Positions 18,166 through 27,649 of a DNA stretch of 64,000 bases are shown here, piece by piece (positions within the stretch are counted from its first letter, which is position 1; the number at the start of each line of letters is the position of its first letter). Source of the stretch: Candidatus Eiseniibacteriota bacterium (GTDB taxonomy: Bacteria; Eisenbacteria; RBG-16-71-46; SZUA-252). The stretch spans positions 1,505 through 65,504 of the forward strand of contig JBGPMB010000001.1 of NCBI GenBank assembly GCA_041486775.1, written 5' to 3'. The position numbers were made by a program, and so were the translations under genes. The notes beneath the pieces were generated by a model, which made no database searches, was not told the DNA's origin, and saw only the letters and a list, made by a program, of their open reading frames with translations.

Positions 18166-19887
18166 CTACCCGTGTCTCACCAGGGTTACGAGCCAGTCCG
18201 TACCCCTCCGCGTCAACTCGACGCGTACCGGCTTCGCTCCGCTCCCGGTGATGGATACCTGGATCGAGACTCGCGGCGCGCCGATCTCGAGATCTTGAAG
18301 AGGCAGAACCGGGTCGGAGAGGTGAACGTGCTTCGGCGTCTGGGCGCGCGACCCTGCCGACTCGATCTCCACATCGTAGGCGCGCGCGCTCGTGAGGCCG
18401 ATGTCTTGAGCGAGGTCGTGAAAACGCAATTCCTGATCTTGCACCACGAAGAAGTCGAGCGGCGCGAGACGGCCGAACCAATACCGTGCGATCTTGTCCC
18501 GACGTTCGATCAGGCTCCGCACCAGGAACTCGCGCGCACGCGGGTCGTCATACTGCGCCGCGTCCACCGCCGCAGCGATTTGACCGTCCGAGAAAGACGC
18601 CACGATCTTCGCACCCCAGTAGGCGTCGCCGTCGGTCATCTCGTGATAGGCCAGGTCCGGCACGCCGGGCACGAATTCCCCCGGATCGAAGACCGCCGAC
18701 TCGAATCTCCCGATCGACGGGATCCCGGTTTCCTGGCGAGCTCGTCTCCACGGCTCGATCACGAAGCCGAGCGTGATGAATCGCCGCGCCATCCAGCCGA
18801 AGTCGACGAAGCCCTCGAATCCATCCTGCAGCATCTTGGGGCCGAGGGCGTCCGCCCCGAACGAGGAACCGGGATCGAGGATGTAGTGAGCGACGTGGCC
18901 GAGGGAGTCCCGAGTGGAGACGAAGGTATCGAGGAAATCGGCATCCTTCGTGTCCCAGAAGCCGAGCCATGAGCTCACAACGTAGAGCCCTCGCAGCTCG
19001 CGACGGTTCGGATGCGAGTACCGGTCGTTGAGGTCGCCGGGCCGCAATCGGAACAAGCTCGGAGATCCCAGGACGTGGCCGGATAGGAACAGGCTCGCGA
19101 TCGCCGAGTGGGATCCGTCGGGGAAGACGGCGCCCTTGGTCAGCAGTGAATCCAGATCGGCGTCCGTAAGACGCTCGCCCTTGGTCCCGCGCTCCAAGTC
19201 TTGGTTGAGCGTGAGGTCACCGCGCTCGAAGCGGACCGGCTCGTTGTGGGGCACGTTGTACCCCGCGGCGTGTAGCAGGGTCCTTGCCACCATGTCGGCG
19301 CCCGTGCAGAGCTGCGGATGGCCGGGTGGGTCGAGTTTCACCAGCCATTTCTTCCCGTGGGCGTCCTTGATCTGGAATCCCACGCTCGCGCCGCCGTGCT
19401 TCGCGTGCGTGATGGTCCACGGCTTCGCGGGGAGGTACGTGGAGTCCGGCCCCATCCGGAGTTCCGCCACCGGGACGGCACGGATGTGGTTGCGGTTGGT
19501 GAACCACGTGGAATTGGGTACCTCGTCGAACGCGTTCACGTTCACGGCATCGCGCCGTGTTTGGGCGCCGAAGGCGCGCGCCACAAACAACATCTTGTCG
19601 GGGATGTCGAAGGCGTGCGAGAGGGGCTCGACGATCGCTTCGCGGAACTGATGCCCCAGGAAGTTAGGGTCCCAATCGGGCGGCTGGGGAATCGGGCGCC
19701 CGTCGTGGTCCGCCCAGGTGGCGGCGTCCGTTTCCGAGTCCGACGTATCGGGCGCGGCGCTCGAGAACTCGGCCCCCGGCGCAGGATTCTCCGCCGGGGA
19801 GCCGAGGACCCCGGCGGGCACGGCGAGCAGCAGCGCCCAGGAGAGAGCCAGAGTCAGAACCGGCCGGGAACGGATCCAGGGACGCAT
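18166..19887 (-). CDS. Hypothetical secreted protein, 573 aa (signal peptide; no recognised family)
   Basis: N-terminal signal peptide MRPWIRSRPVLTLALSWALLLAVPAGVLG. The start overlaps the stop of the upstream OMP gene by 1 nt. It is conserved-looking and non-repetitive, but I could not match its motifs by eye. Confidence 0.6.
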   Translation of the reverse strand: MRPWIRSRPVLTLALSWALLLAVPAGVLGSPAENPAPGAEFSSAAPDTSDSETDAATWADHDGRPIPQPPDWDPNFLGHQFREAIVEPLSHAFDIPDKMLFVARAFGAQTRRDAVNVNAFDEVPNSTWFTNRNHIRAVPVAELRMGPDSTYLPAKPWTITHAKHGGASVGFQIKDAHGKKWLVKLDPPGHPQLCTGADMVARTLLHAAGYNVPHNEPVRFERGDLTLNQDLERGTKGERLTDADLDSLLTKGAVFPDGSHSAIASLFLSGHVLGSPSLFRLRPGDLNDRYSHPNRRELRGLYVVSSWLGFWDTKDADFLDTFVSTRDSLGHVAHYILDPGSSFGADALGPKMLQDGFEGFVDFGWMARRFITLGFVIEPWRRARQETGIPSIGRFESAVFDPGEFVPGVPDLAYHEMTDGDAYWGAKIVASFSDGQIAAAVDAAQYDDPRAREFLVRSLIERRDKIARYWFGRLAPLDFFVVQDQELRFHDLAQDIGLTSARAYDVEIESAGSRAQTPKHVHLSDPVLPLQDLEIGAPRVSIQVSITGSGAKPVRVELTRRGTDWLVTLVRHG

Positions 19888-21200
19888 CAGAAGCTGCTTC
19901 GCATCGTGAAGGTCCCCTCGAGCCCTTCGACGCTCTCGGCCACCTCGAGTCGGATGGCTGCTTCATTGGTTAGCCCGTAGCGCAATCCGCCGCCGTAGGA
20001 CCAACGCGCGGCACGGGCCGTGAACGCGCTTGCCTGGGGCGCGACCTCGCCAAGCTCGTACAGGGCGAGCGCGCGGACGCGTCCCCAGACCTCCCAGCGA
20101 TATTCGATACGGCCCAGCAGAAGTTGCCGGTCCTGGAATCGGTGCGAGGGGTAACCGGCGAAACGCAGATCTCCGTCGCTCTGGACGAGCCTGTCGAACG
20201 GCATGGTCGTCGTCCCGCCGACCGGATCGACCCCGGCGTACACTCCGCGAAGCGCGATCACCCGGCGCTTCGCGAAGACGGGTGCGTAGGCGCGTCCCTC
20301 CAGCAACCATTGATTGAAATCGGGATCGGCGTCGCGAACACCGGCGGCACGCCGGAACTCGCCACGGCCGTGCACGCCGACCGAGGGGTCTCGTTCGTCG
20401 TCGAGCGAGGCGAAATCACCCGTCGCACCGTAGAGAAATTCCTGTGTCGCCTGGTGGTCGTAGGGCAGGGTGCCCGGTGGGAAGACGTCTTCGAGCAAAG
20501 GCTGGCCCCGATAGCCGCGACGCGGGCTCAGGGCCGAGTAGCCGCCCACGAGCCGCAACTGTCGGAGCGGCGATGCGCCGAGAAGCAGTGAGGCTTCTCC
20601 GCTCGTGCTCTCCAGCAGGAAGATGGAGCGGTCCGCCGCCGATGTCTCGTTGCCGATGCCATAGAAGCGGAGGTTGGGTCTGGAGTCGTAGCCGGCGAGC
20701 AGGCGAAAACCGACGGGCCGTCGGGCGCCGATCCGCTCGCTCAACCGCGCGCGGCGGCGATCGGTGGTGGACCACGAGCCGCTGAGGACGAGCTTCGAGT
20801 CGCCGGACGGGAACCCGGCCCATGTGATGGAGGGGCCGCCGCCGATCTCGGTCGGGCCGCCGGCCTCGATCTGCGGCGCGACCTTGAGCCCCCCCGCCGC
20901 GCGCTTCGGTCCGGGATTCATGAAATGGTCGCCGTAAAAACCCACTGCCACTTCCGTGCCGCGCGCGACGAGCCGCATCGGAAAGAACGCGACCCGGAAC
21001 GGAAGGCGCAGCGCCGTTTCCCACCGGCGCTCGTGGTCGGGAAGGGCGACACGGGGCCCGTCCGCCGATGGATCTCCGATGTCGGCTACGTTCGGAGCCA
21101 CCCAGCTGGAATCGCCGAAGCGCGGGTCCGCCCCGGATGCGCCGGCGTGGAAGAGGAGAGAGCAGCCCAGAACCGCGAGGGCCACACGGGGGGTATGCAT
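19887..21200 (-). CDS. Outer-membrane beta-barrel protein, Omp85/bacterial-surface-antigen-like C-terminal domain, without POTRA
   Basis: It has a signal peptide, alternating-hydrophobic beta-strand periodicity, a C-terminus ...GGGLRYGLTNEAAIRLEVAESVEGLEGTFTMRSSF ending in Phe, and a Gly/aromatic-rich barrel. Confidence 0.65.
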   Translation of the reverse strand: MHTPRVALAVLGCSLLFHAGASGADPRFGDSSWVAPNVADIGDPSADGPRVALPDHERRWETALRLPFRVAFFPMRLVARGTEVAVGFYGDHFMNPGPKRAAGGLKVAPQIEAGGPTEIGGGPSITWAGFPSGDSKLVLSGSWSTTDRRRARLSERIGARRPVGFRLLAGYDSRPNLRFYGIGNETSAADRSIFLLESTSGEASLLLGASPLRQLRLVGGYSALSPRRGYRGQPLLEDVFPPGTLPYDHQATQEFLYGATGDFASLDDERDPSVGVHGRGEFRRAAGVRDADPDFNQWLLEGRAYAPVFAKRRVIALRGVYAGVDPVGGTTTMPFDRLVQSDGDLRFAGYPSHRFQDRQLLLGRIEYRWEVWGRVRALALYELGEVAPQASAFTARAARWSYGGGLRYGLTNEAAIRLEVAESVEGLEGTFTMRSSF

Positions 21201-21203
21201 GAG

Positions 21204-22841
21204 CTACGGCAGCGGGAGCTTGAAGTCCGCCCGCGCCCACGCGCGCGTGAAGCGTTTCTTCATCGTGAGCGCCTCGGTCACCCGTCCCCTCGCGTTCAGC
21301 GCCTCCCCGAGGCCGTAGAGCGACCATCCGTTCGAAGGATAGCGCTTGAGATCCTCGCGGAACGCCGTCTCCGCGTCCGCGGACTTGCCGGCCTTGAGGA
21401 GCGCTGACCCGAGCGCCTGGCGCGTGGGGTAGTACCAGGCCGGCGGCTCGTCGTAGTGGAGTGAGTCCTCCGCCGCGACCGCGCCGCGGAAGCTCTCCAC
21501 GGCCTCCTCGTAGTGCCCGGCCCGCAACGCCATCTCCCCGTCCAGCTCGTCGGTCGCTAGGCGTAGGAGCGGTGCCGCGTGATTGAGCCCTTCCACGGCG
21601 TCCGCGGGGATCGCCGCGGCGATCGCGGCGACGCTGTCGCGCTCCGCCAAAGCCTCGTCGGGCTTTCCGGTCGCGGCGAGGGCCAGGCCGCGCGCGTAGT
21701 GCCACATCCCCGAGGTATAGCGGAAATCGGGAGGGGGCGCGGGCTCCGCGAGCATCTCCTCCCATTTTCCGAACCGCGCCAGCGCGTAATAGGGAACCGG
21801 CAGCCAGAACTCCATCGGCGGCATCATCCGGACCGCTTCGGGCGAGACGTGATCGGCCACGGTGCGGGCCATGCGGATCGCTTCCTTGCTCTGCCCCTCG
21901 AACATCATCGCCGCCCAGGCCATGTGCATGTTGTGGACGTAGTACATCATGGGGTAGATGCCCGTCGGCTTCTCCGCCTCGATGTAGGCGTGGTCCACCG
22001 CGATGGCCTTGCGGTTCAAGATCGCCGCGTCATTGTAGCGGCCCACCCGCATGTAGATATGGGAGGGCATGTGGACCAGATGCCCCGCGTTCGGTGCCAG
22101 CGCGGCCAGCCGGTTCGCGGCCAGGAGCGCGCGTCCTGGCGCGGGGGATTCCTCGACCGCGTGGATGAAGAGATGGATCGCCCCGGTGTGGGAGGGATTC
22201 TTCTTGAGCACCCGGTTGAGCGCCGCGATCGCGTCCTCGATGCCGGCCTCGGGCTTGCCGTCGTTCGTCCACCAGTCCCAGGGCGTGACGTCGAGGAGCG
22301 CCTCGGCGTAGATCGTGGAGGCGTCCGGGTCGAGGGGGTATTTCGCGGCAAGGTCCCGCATCGCGTCCGCGTAGGCGCTGTCCAGCGCGTGGAGATCCGC
22401 CTTCGGGTCGTCCGAGTAGCGCTTCGCCATCGCCTCGATCCAGGCGCGCTCGCGCGGCGTCGCCTTGGCTGCCAGGGCCTTCGCCTTCCCGATCTCGGCG
22501 AACGCCTCCTTCTCCCGGTCGGAATCGACCGGGAAATTCACGTTCGGTCCGAGGGCGTAGGCGATCCCCCAGTGCGCCATCGCGCACGAGGGATCGAGCC
22601 GCGCCGCTTCCCGGAACGCGCGGATCGCCTCCTCGTGATTGAAGGCGTAACAGAGCCTTAGTCCCTGGTCGAAATACTTCTGGGCCACCGGGGACCGGGT
22701 CGTCACCGCGAGGTGCGGCGTCCCGAGACCCGTAATGAGGGGAACAGCGCCTGAGGAGACGCCGGTCAAGCCGGGAAGGCCTAGAAGACAAAGGCTGAGA
22801 AGACTGAAGAGAGCGCTCGAAACCGTCCTAAGCCGTCGCAT
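21204..22841 (-). CDS. Secreted tetratricopeptide-repeat (TPR) protein
   Basis: Starts at MRRLRTVSSALFSLLSLCLLG with a GGAGG ribosome-binding site 6 nt upstream. It has repeated helical TPR-like segments (AIRAFREAARLDPSCAMAHWGIAYAL and ALGSALLKAGKSADAETAFREDLKRYPSNGWSLYGLGEAL). The 5' 460 codons of the 1012-aa ORF-track entry are an antisense shadow of the FAD oxidase gene. Confidence 0.7.
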   Translation of the reverse strand: MRRLRTVSSALFSLLSLCLLGLPGLTGVSSGAVPLITGLGTPHLAVTTRSPVAQKYFDQGLRLCYAFNHEEAIRAFREAARLDPSCAMAHWGIAYALGPNVNFPVDSDREKEAFAEIGKAKALAAKATPRERAWIEAMAKRYSDDPKADLHALDSAYADAMRDLAAKYPLDPDASTIYAEALLDVTPWDWWTNDGKPEAGIEDAIAALNRVLKKNPSHTGAIHLFIHAVEESPAPGRALLAANRLAALAPNAGHLVHMPSHIYMRVGRYNDAAILNRKAIAVDHAYIEAEKPTGIYPMMYYVHNMHMAWAAMMFEGQSKEAIRMARTVADHVSPEAVRMMPPMEFWLPVPYYALARFGKWEEMLAEPAPPPDFRYTSGMWHYARGLALAATGKPDEALAERDSVAAIAAAIPADAVEGLNHAAPLLRLATDELDGEMALRAGHYEEAVESFRGAVAAEDSLHYDEPPAWYYPTRQALGSALLKAGKSADAETAFREDLKRYPSNGWSLYGLGEALNARGRVTEALTMKKRFTRAWARADFKLPLP

Positions 22842-22934
22842 ACGACCTCCCTGGCCTTGCGTGTGTTTTCCAACCTGATCCGGTAAGATAGCGGCTTCGC
22901 CTCCCTTTCGCAAAGCTCGGAGACCCGTCGCCTC

Positions 22935-24353
22935 GTGGATCGCCTGTACCAACTTCTCCAGAACCGGATCGAGGGCTCGGTCGCGACGCCCGACGAATTC
23001 CATCCGGCCCTGCTGACCAATTTCGGGAACCTCTTTCAATGGACGCCGCGCCTCGTGGTTTCGCCGGCCTCGGCCAAGGACGTGGCCTCGACCGTGGCCT
23101 TCGCCCGCGAGAACCGCCTCTCCGTGTCGACCCGGGGGGCGGGGCACAGCCAGAGCCGGATCGCCATCAGCGACGGCGGCATTCTCCTTTCGATGTCCTC
23201 CATGAACCGGATCTCCCCGGTCGACCGCTCGGCCAAGACCGTCGACGTGGAGGCGGGGGTGGTGTGGCGCGATCTCGTGCGGCACCTCACGCCCGAGGCG
23301 CTGGTGCCTCCCGTGCTCACGAACAACCTGAGCGTCACGGTGGGGGGCACGCTCGCGGTCGCGGGGATCGGGCTCGCCTCCTTCAAGTACGGGACCCAGG
23401 GCGACAACGTTCGCGAGCTGGACGTGGTGACGGGGACCGGGGAAACGATCACCTGCGATCGCAAGCGCCACCCGGATCTCTTCTGGGGCGTGATCGCGGG
23501 GCTGGGGCAGACCGGGATCATCACCCGTGCGCGCCTGGATCTCCGGGCCACGAAGCCCATGACCCGTACCTACTACCTCCTGTACCACGAGCTCTCTTCC
23601 TTCCTCGAGGACGCGAAGCTCGCCATGGACTGCGGGCGCTTCGACGCCATCGAGAGCTGGGCGTCGCCGTGTCCCCAGGGACTGAAGCCGGTGGGGGGAC
23701 GTCGCCAGCCGTTCGCGCGGTGGTTTTTCCCCGTGCACTTGACGGTGGAGTACGATCCCGGCCACCCGCCCGACGACGCCAAGCTCCTCCGCGGATTGAA
23801 GCCCGACGAGCGTCTGTACACCGACGACGCCCCGACCCCCGAATTCTTCGAGCGCATGGTTCCGGTCTTCGATCTCTGGAAACGGGGCGGCACGTGGCGC
23901 CACGTCCACGCCTGGATCGAGAGTGTGCTGCCGTGGGAGCGGGCTGTGGATTGCGTGGAGTCCGTGCTTCCCGACCTTCCGCCCTCGGTTCTCGTCGGCG
24001 GGCACGTGCTCCTCTGGCCCGCCAAGGGGAATTCCTCGCAGTCGCGTCTGTTCATGCGCCCCCCGGGAGAGAACCTCCTGGGATTCGGCGTGCTCCCGGC
24101 GATCCCGCCGCGCTACTGGGAACAGGCGCGCCCCATGCTCGAGAATCTGGGCCGGCTCACGGAGGTCATGGGCGGGAAGCGCTACCTGTCGGGCTACATC
24201 GACTGGGACGAGGAGGGCTGGCGCCAGCATTTCGGCGATCAATGGGAGCCTTACTGCGCGCTCAAGCGAACCTACGATCCGGACTCCATCCTGAATCCAG
24301 GCTTCGTGCCGTTTCCGGCCGCGCGTCCCTCGGGCGTCCCGGCCGCCGACTGA
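22935..24353 (+). CDS. FAD-linked oxidase (FAD_binding_4 / PCMH-type, vanillyl-alcohol-oxidase / CKX-like)
   Basis: The N-terminal FAD_binding_4 region (RLVVSPASAKDVASTVAFARENRLSVSTRGAGHS...GGTLAVAGIGLASFKYG) is followed by a substrate domain of about 250 aa. Confidence 0.85.
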   Translation: MDRLYQLLQNRIEGSVATPDEFHPALLTNFGNLFQWTPRLVVSPASAKDVASTVAFARENRLSVSTRGAGHSQSRIAISDGGILLSMSSMNRISPVDRSAKTVDVEAGVVWRDLVRHLTPEALVPPVLTNNLSVTVGGTLAVAGIGLASFKYGTQGDNVRELDVVTGTGETITCDRKRHPDLFWGVIAGLGQTGIITRARLDLRATKPMTRTYYLLYHELSSFLEDAKLAMDCGRFDAIESWASPCPQGLKPVGGRRQPFARWFFPVHLTVEYDPGHPPDDAKLLRGLKPDERLYTDDAPTPEFFERMVPVFDLWKRGGTWRHVHAWIESVLPWERAVDCVESVLPDLPPSVLVGGHVLLWPAKGNSSQSRLFMRPPGENLLGFGVLPAIPPRYWEQARPMLENLGRLTEVMGGKRYLSGYIDWDEEGWRQHFGDQWEPYCALKRTYDPDSILNPGFVPFPAARPSGVPAAD

Positions 24354-24778
24354 TGGCGCTCGACTTCGGCACGCCCGAGTGGGCCCGCTCGCTCGCCGCC
24401 GCGATCAACGCGTCGAGCGAGTACCGGAATTCCGGGGCCTCGTGGGGCGTGGGATTCAACGGCAACATCCTCTTCGTGTTCGAGTCCGGGGGGCCGCTCG
24501 ACCGGACGCTCCATCTTCTGGTGAAGCTCGAGGGCGGCGCCTGCCGGGGCGCGGAATTCGTTCCCGGGCCCTCGCATCCCGACGCCGGCTTCACGCTGCG
24601 CGCCCCCTTTCCGGTCTGGCGTGAGATCCTGACCGGCAAGACGCTCGCCGCGACCGCGATCCTCACGGGACGGATGAAGGTCGGGGGGAACACCATCACA
24701 CTGCTCAAGCACGCCGGAGCCCATCGTTCGCTGATCCATTGCGTCGCGTCGCTCGACACGCGTTATCCCGGAGCCTAG
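24353..24778 (+). CDS. SCP2 sterol-carrier-like domain protein
   Basis: 141 aa, with FNGNILFVFESGG...LTGKTLAATAILTGRMKVGGN typical of SCP2/alkyl-sulfatase C-terminal lipid-binding domains. The ATG overlaps the oxidase stop (TGATG). Confidence 0.75.
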   Translation: MALDFGTPEWARSLAAAINASSEYRNSGASWGVGFNGNILFVFESGGPLDRTLHLLVKLEGGACRGAEFVPGPSHPDAGFTLRAPFPVWREILTGKTLAATAILTGRMKVGGNTITLLKHAGAHRSLIHCVASLDTRYPGA

Positions 24779-24788
24779 GAGGAACGCC

Positions 24789-25085
24789 ATGCCCTTACCC
24801 TCGCGCAGAATGAAGCGCCGCCGCTTCGTGACGCTGGTCGCCATGAGCGGCGCCGCACTTCTCACCTCGCCCCTCTCCCGAGCCGCCGCGGCCATGACCC
24901 GCGCCACGGCTACGGCCTCGTCCGGGCGCCGCGCGGCCTCGCCGGCCGTCCGGAAGGAGATCGCGAATCAGGAGAAGTCGCTCGCGGATCAGCTCAAGGT
25001 GATCCGGGGCTACACGCTTCCCCCCGGCAGCCCGATGGCCTTCGCCTTCAAGCCGCTTCGGGCGCGGCGGGGGTCCAAGCCATGA
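24789..25085 (+). CDS. Hypothetical small protein with a twin-arginine (Tat) signal peptide
   Basis: MKRRRFVTLVAMSGAALLTSPLSRAAAAM matches RRxFVxL plus a hydrophobic h-region. 98 aa. The stop overlaps the amidase ATG (ATGA). Confidence 0.4.
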   Translation: MPLPSRRMKRRRFVTLVAMSGAALLTSPLSRAAAAMTRATATASSGRRAASPAVRKEIANQEKSLADQLKVIRGYTLPPGSPMAFAFKPLRARRGSKP

Positions 25086-26494
25086 TCGGCGAGGACGTTC
25101 TCTACCTCTCGGTCTCGGAGCTGGGCGATCGCATCCGCTCGCGGCGGCTCTCGCCGGTCGAGCTGACCGAAGCCTATCTCGATCGGATCCACCGTCGCGC
25201 CCCCACGCTGAACGCGTTCGCCACCGTCACCCCCGACCTGGCACGCGAGCAGGCCCGCGCCGCCGAGAGCGAGATCGGGAAGGGGCATTATCGCGGGCCG
25301 CTCCACGGCATCCCGTACGGGGCCAAGGATCTCTTCGCCACCGCGGGGATCAAGACCACGTGGGGTGCCGCGCCCACGAAGGATCAGATGTTCGACAAGG
25401 ACGCGACCGTGGTGCGGAAGCTCCGCGAGGCGGGCGCCGTGCTGCTGGGCAAGCTTTCGTGTGTCGAGTTCGCGGGATGTCTGGGCTATCGCTTCGCCGA
25501 CGCGTCCCTCCAGGGGCCGGGCAAGAATCCCTGGGATCCCGAGCGGTGGACCGGCGGCTCTTCCTCTGGATCCGGCGCCGCGACGGCCTCGGCGCTCGTC
25601 GCCTTCTCCATCGGCACGGAGACCTGGGGCTCGATCCTCTGTCCGTCCGCGTTCTGCGGCGTGACGGGGCTTCGCCCGACGTACGGGCGCGTGAGCCGCG
25701 CGGGAGGCATGGTGGGCTCCTTCACCTTCGACAAGGTCGGCCCCATCGCGCGGGCGGCCGAGGACTGTAGGATTGTGCTCCAGGCGATCGCGGGTCCGGA
25801 TCCGGACGACCCCAGCGCCGCGGAGGAGCCCGTCCGGCTGGACCGCGCCCGCGTGGATCTCTCCCGCGTGCGCGCGGCGCTGATCCCGATGGATTTCGCG
25901 AAGACGAAGGGAGCCGAGGCCGAGGTGAAGACCGCGTTCGACGGCGCGGTGGCAGAATTGAAATCGGCGGGGCTCAAGCTCACGGAGACCAAGCTTCCCG
26001 ATCTTCCAGCCTCCGAGGTGGCGGGTCTCATCATCAACGCCGAAGCCCTCTCGACGTTCGAGAAGTTCTTCGACGACGGCACCGTGTGGCAGCTCAAAGA
26101 TCCCTACGCTCCCTACCAGCGCGAGATCACGCGCGCCTTGAACGGCGCCGATCTGGTCAAGGCCTGGCGGATGCGGACGGTGTTGCAGGAGAAGATGGCG
26201 GAGTTCTTCGGCGAGTACGACGTGATCGTGACACCCAACTTCATGTCCGTCGCTCCGTCGATCCACGACGATCTGAACAAGTCGCTTCCCTACGCCGATC
26301 CGGTGGGCGGCATCGGAAACGCGTGCGGCCTGCCGTCGATAGCGCTGCCGTGCGGGTTCGGCAAGGGACACATGCCGGTGGGATTCCAGATCATGGGTGC
26401 GCCGTTCTCGGAGTCGATGCTTCTCGGGCTGGGGGACCTCTACCAGTCGCGGACCCGCTTCCACAAGGAGCGCCCGCCGCTCTTCGCGTCGTAG
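25082..26494 (+). CDS. Amidase-signature family amidase (GatA-like)
   Basis: The amidase signature GGSSSGSGAATASALVAFSIGTETWGSILCPSAFCG with a Ser-cisSer-Lys triad context; 470 aa; no signal peptide of its own. Confidence 0.9.
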   Translation: MIGEDVLYLSVSELGDRIRSRRLSPVELTEAYLDRIHRRAPTLNAFATVTPDLAREQARAAESEIGKGHYRGPLHGIPYGAKDLFATAGIKTTWGAAPTKDQMFDKDATVVRKLREAGAVLLGKLSCVEFAGCLGYRFADASLQGPGKNPWDPERWTGGSSSGSGAATASALVAFSIGTETWGSILCPSAFCGVTGLRPTYGRVSRAGGMVGSFTFDKVGPIARAAEDCRIVLQAIAGPDPDDPSAAEEPVRLDRARVDLSRVRAALIPMDFAKTKGAEAEVKTAFDGAVAELKSAGLKLTETKLPDLPASEVAGLIINAEALSTFEKFFDDGTVWQLKDPYAPYQREITRALNGADLVKAWRMRTVLQEKMAEFFGEYDVIVTPNFMSVAPSIHDDLNKSLPYADPVGGIGNACGLPSIALPCGFGKGHMPVGFQIMGAPFSESMLLGLGDLYQSRTRFHKERPPLFAS

Positions 26495-26516
26495 GCCCGG
26501 CGCGAGACCGGCTAAC

Positions 26517-26957
26517 CTAACCTCGAAACCGGGTCTCCACCAGGAAGCAGCTTCCGTCGGCGATCACCTCCAGCCCGAGCTCGCGGGCCAGGCGGATCGC
26601 CTCGGGGCTCTCGGCGCCCGGTTGCATCCAGACGAATCGCGCGCCCGCGTCCGCCGCCTCCCGCACGATCCGCTCGGTGACCGCGGGCGGCGTGATGATC
26701 GAGACGCCCCGCGGCTTCTCGGGCAGAGACCGGAGATCCGGGTACGCGGTGAGGCCCTCGATCACGGGCTCGCGCGGGTTCACCGGGTACACCTTCCAGC
26801 CTTTGTGCTGATACGCCCGGAGCACGCGGTTCCCGTACTTGGCCCGGTTGCTGGAAGCGCCCGCCACGGCGTACGGCCCCTCGGCCAGGAAGTCGGCGAT
26901 GATCTCCCGCACCGGACGCTCCGGGGCGCGCGCCCCGGTCTTGCCGCCTGTGCTCAT
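26517..26957 (-). CDS. CoA-binding domain protein (CoA_binding_2 / YccU-like)
   Basis: MSTGGKTGARAPERPVREIIADFLAEGPYAVAGASSNRAKYGNRVLRAYQHKGWKVYPVNP is a CoA-binding Rossmann-like fold. I could not reconcile the ORF-track translation with my reading of one 10-mer near the start, so the start coordinate is +/-1. The N-terminal part of the ORF-track entry is antisense shadow. Confidence 0.7.
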   Translation of the reverse strand: MSTGGKTGARAPERPVREIIADFLAEGPYAVAGASSNRAKYGNRVLRAYQHKGWKVYPVNPREPVIEGLTAYPDLRSLPEKPRGVSIITPPAVTERIVREAADAGARFVWMQPGAESPEAIRLARELGLEVIADGSCFLVETRFRG

Positions 26958-27604
26958 TCGAGAGCCCTCCAGAGATACCAGCTCGCCACGGTGCGGTACG
27001 GCCTCCACCGCTCGCCGCGGCGCGCGACCGACTCGGGCTTCGGCATCTCGCGCCTGCCGAAGGCCAGCTTGAAACCTTTCCGGACCCCGTAATCGTGGAT
27101 GGGGAGCACGTCGGGCCGCCCCAGCCGGAACATGAGGAACATCTCCGCGGTCCATCGCCCGATCCCGCGCACCACCGTGAGCCGCTCGACGATCTCCTCA
27201 TCCTCCATCGCGCGGAGGCGCGCCATCGCGGGAAGGGTGCCGTCGAGAGATTTCGCGGCGAGGTCGCGAAGGGCCGCGACTTTCCCCCGCGACAGCCCGG
27301 CCTCGCGAAGGACTGCGTCCGTGGCCTCGAGGACGCGCTCGGGCGGAGGGAAGCGGCCGTCGCCGACCCGCTCGCGGAAGCGTCCCGCGATCGTCTCCGC
27401 GGCACGGCCCGTGATCTGCTGGTAGATAATGCTCTCGCAGAGCGCCTCGAACGGCGTCGCGACCCGGTCCAGCTTCATCCGGAACGCTCCGACCCGCTCG
27501 ATCAGGACCTGGAGCTTGGGATCCCGCCCGCAGAGGTGGGCGACCGCCGCTTCCGTGTCGAACCGGACGTTCGTCCCTCGGGTCCTCGAAGATCGGCCTG
27601 CCAT
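26954..27604 (-). CDS. HhH-GPD DNA glycosylase (DNA-3-methyladenine glycosylase II / AlkA-like)
   Basis: The HhH-GPD motif LTVVRGIGRWTAEMFLMF is followed by the catalytic Asp in PDVLPIHDYG. It starts at MAGRSS. The 5' half of the 402-aa ORF-track entry is antisense to PPK2. Confidence 0.8.
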   Translation of the reverse strand: MAGRSSRTRGTNVRFDTEAAVAHLCGRDPKLQVLIERVGAFRMKLDRVATPFEALCESIIYQQITGRAAETIAGRFRERVGDGRFPPPERVLEATDAVLREAGLSRGKVAALRDLAAKSLDGTLPAMARLRAMEDEEIVERLTVVRGIGRWTAEMFLMFRLGRPDVLPIHDYGVRKGFKLAFGRREMPKPESVARRGERWRPYRTVASWYLWRALE

Positions 27605-27649
27605 GGGACCCCATTGTACCGATCCGGGCTTCCGGCGCATACTGGGCGC

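Noticed and set aside
21204-24242. 1012-aa minus-strand ORF
   Set aside because: Only the 3' 545 codons (the TPR protein, from the Met at 22841 with a ribosome-binding site) look real. The 5' 460 codons are the antisense shadow of the well-supported FAD oxidase and SCP2 genes on the plus strand.
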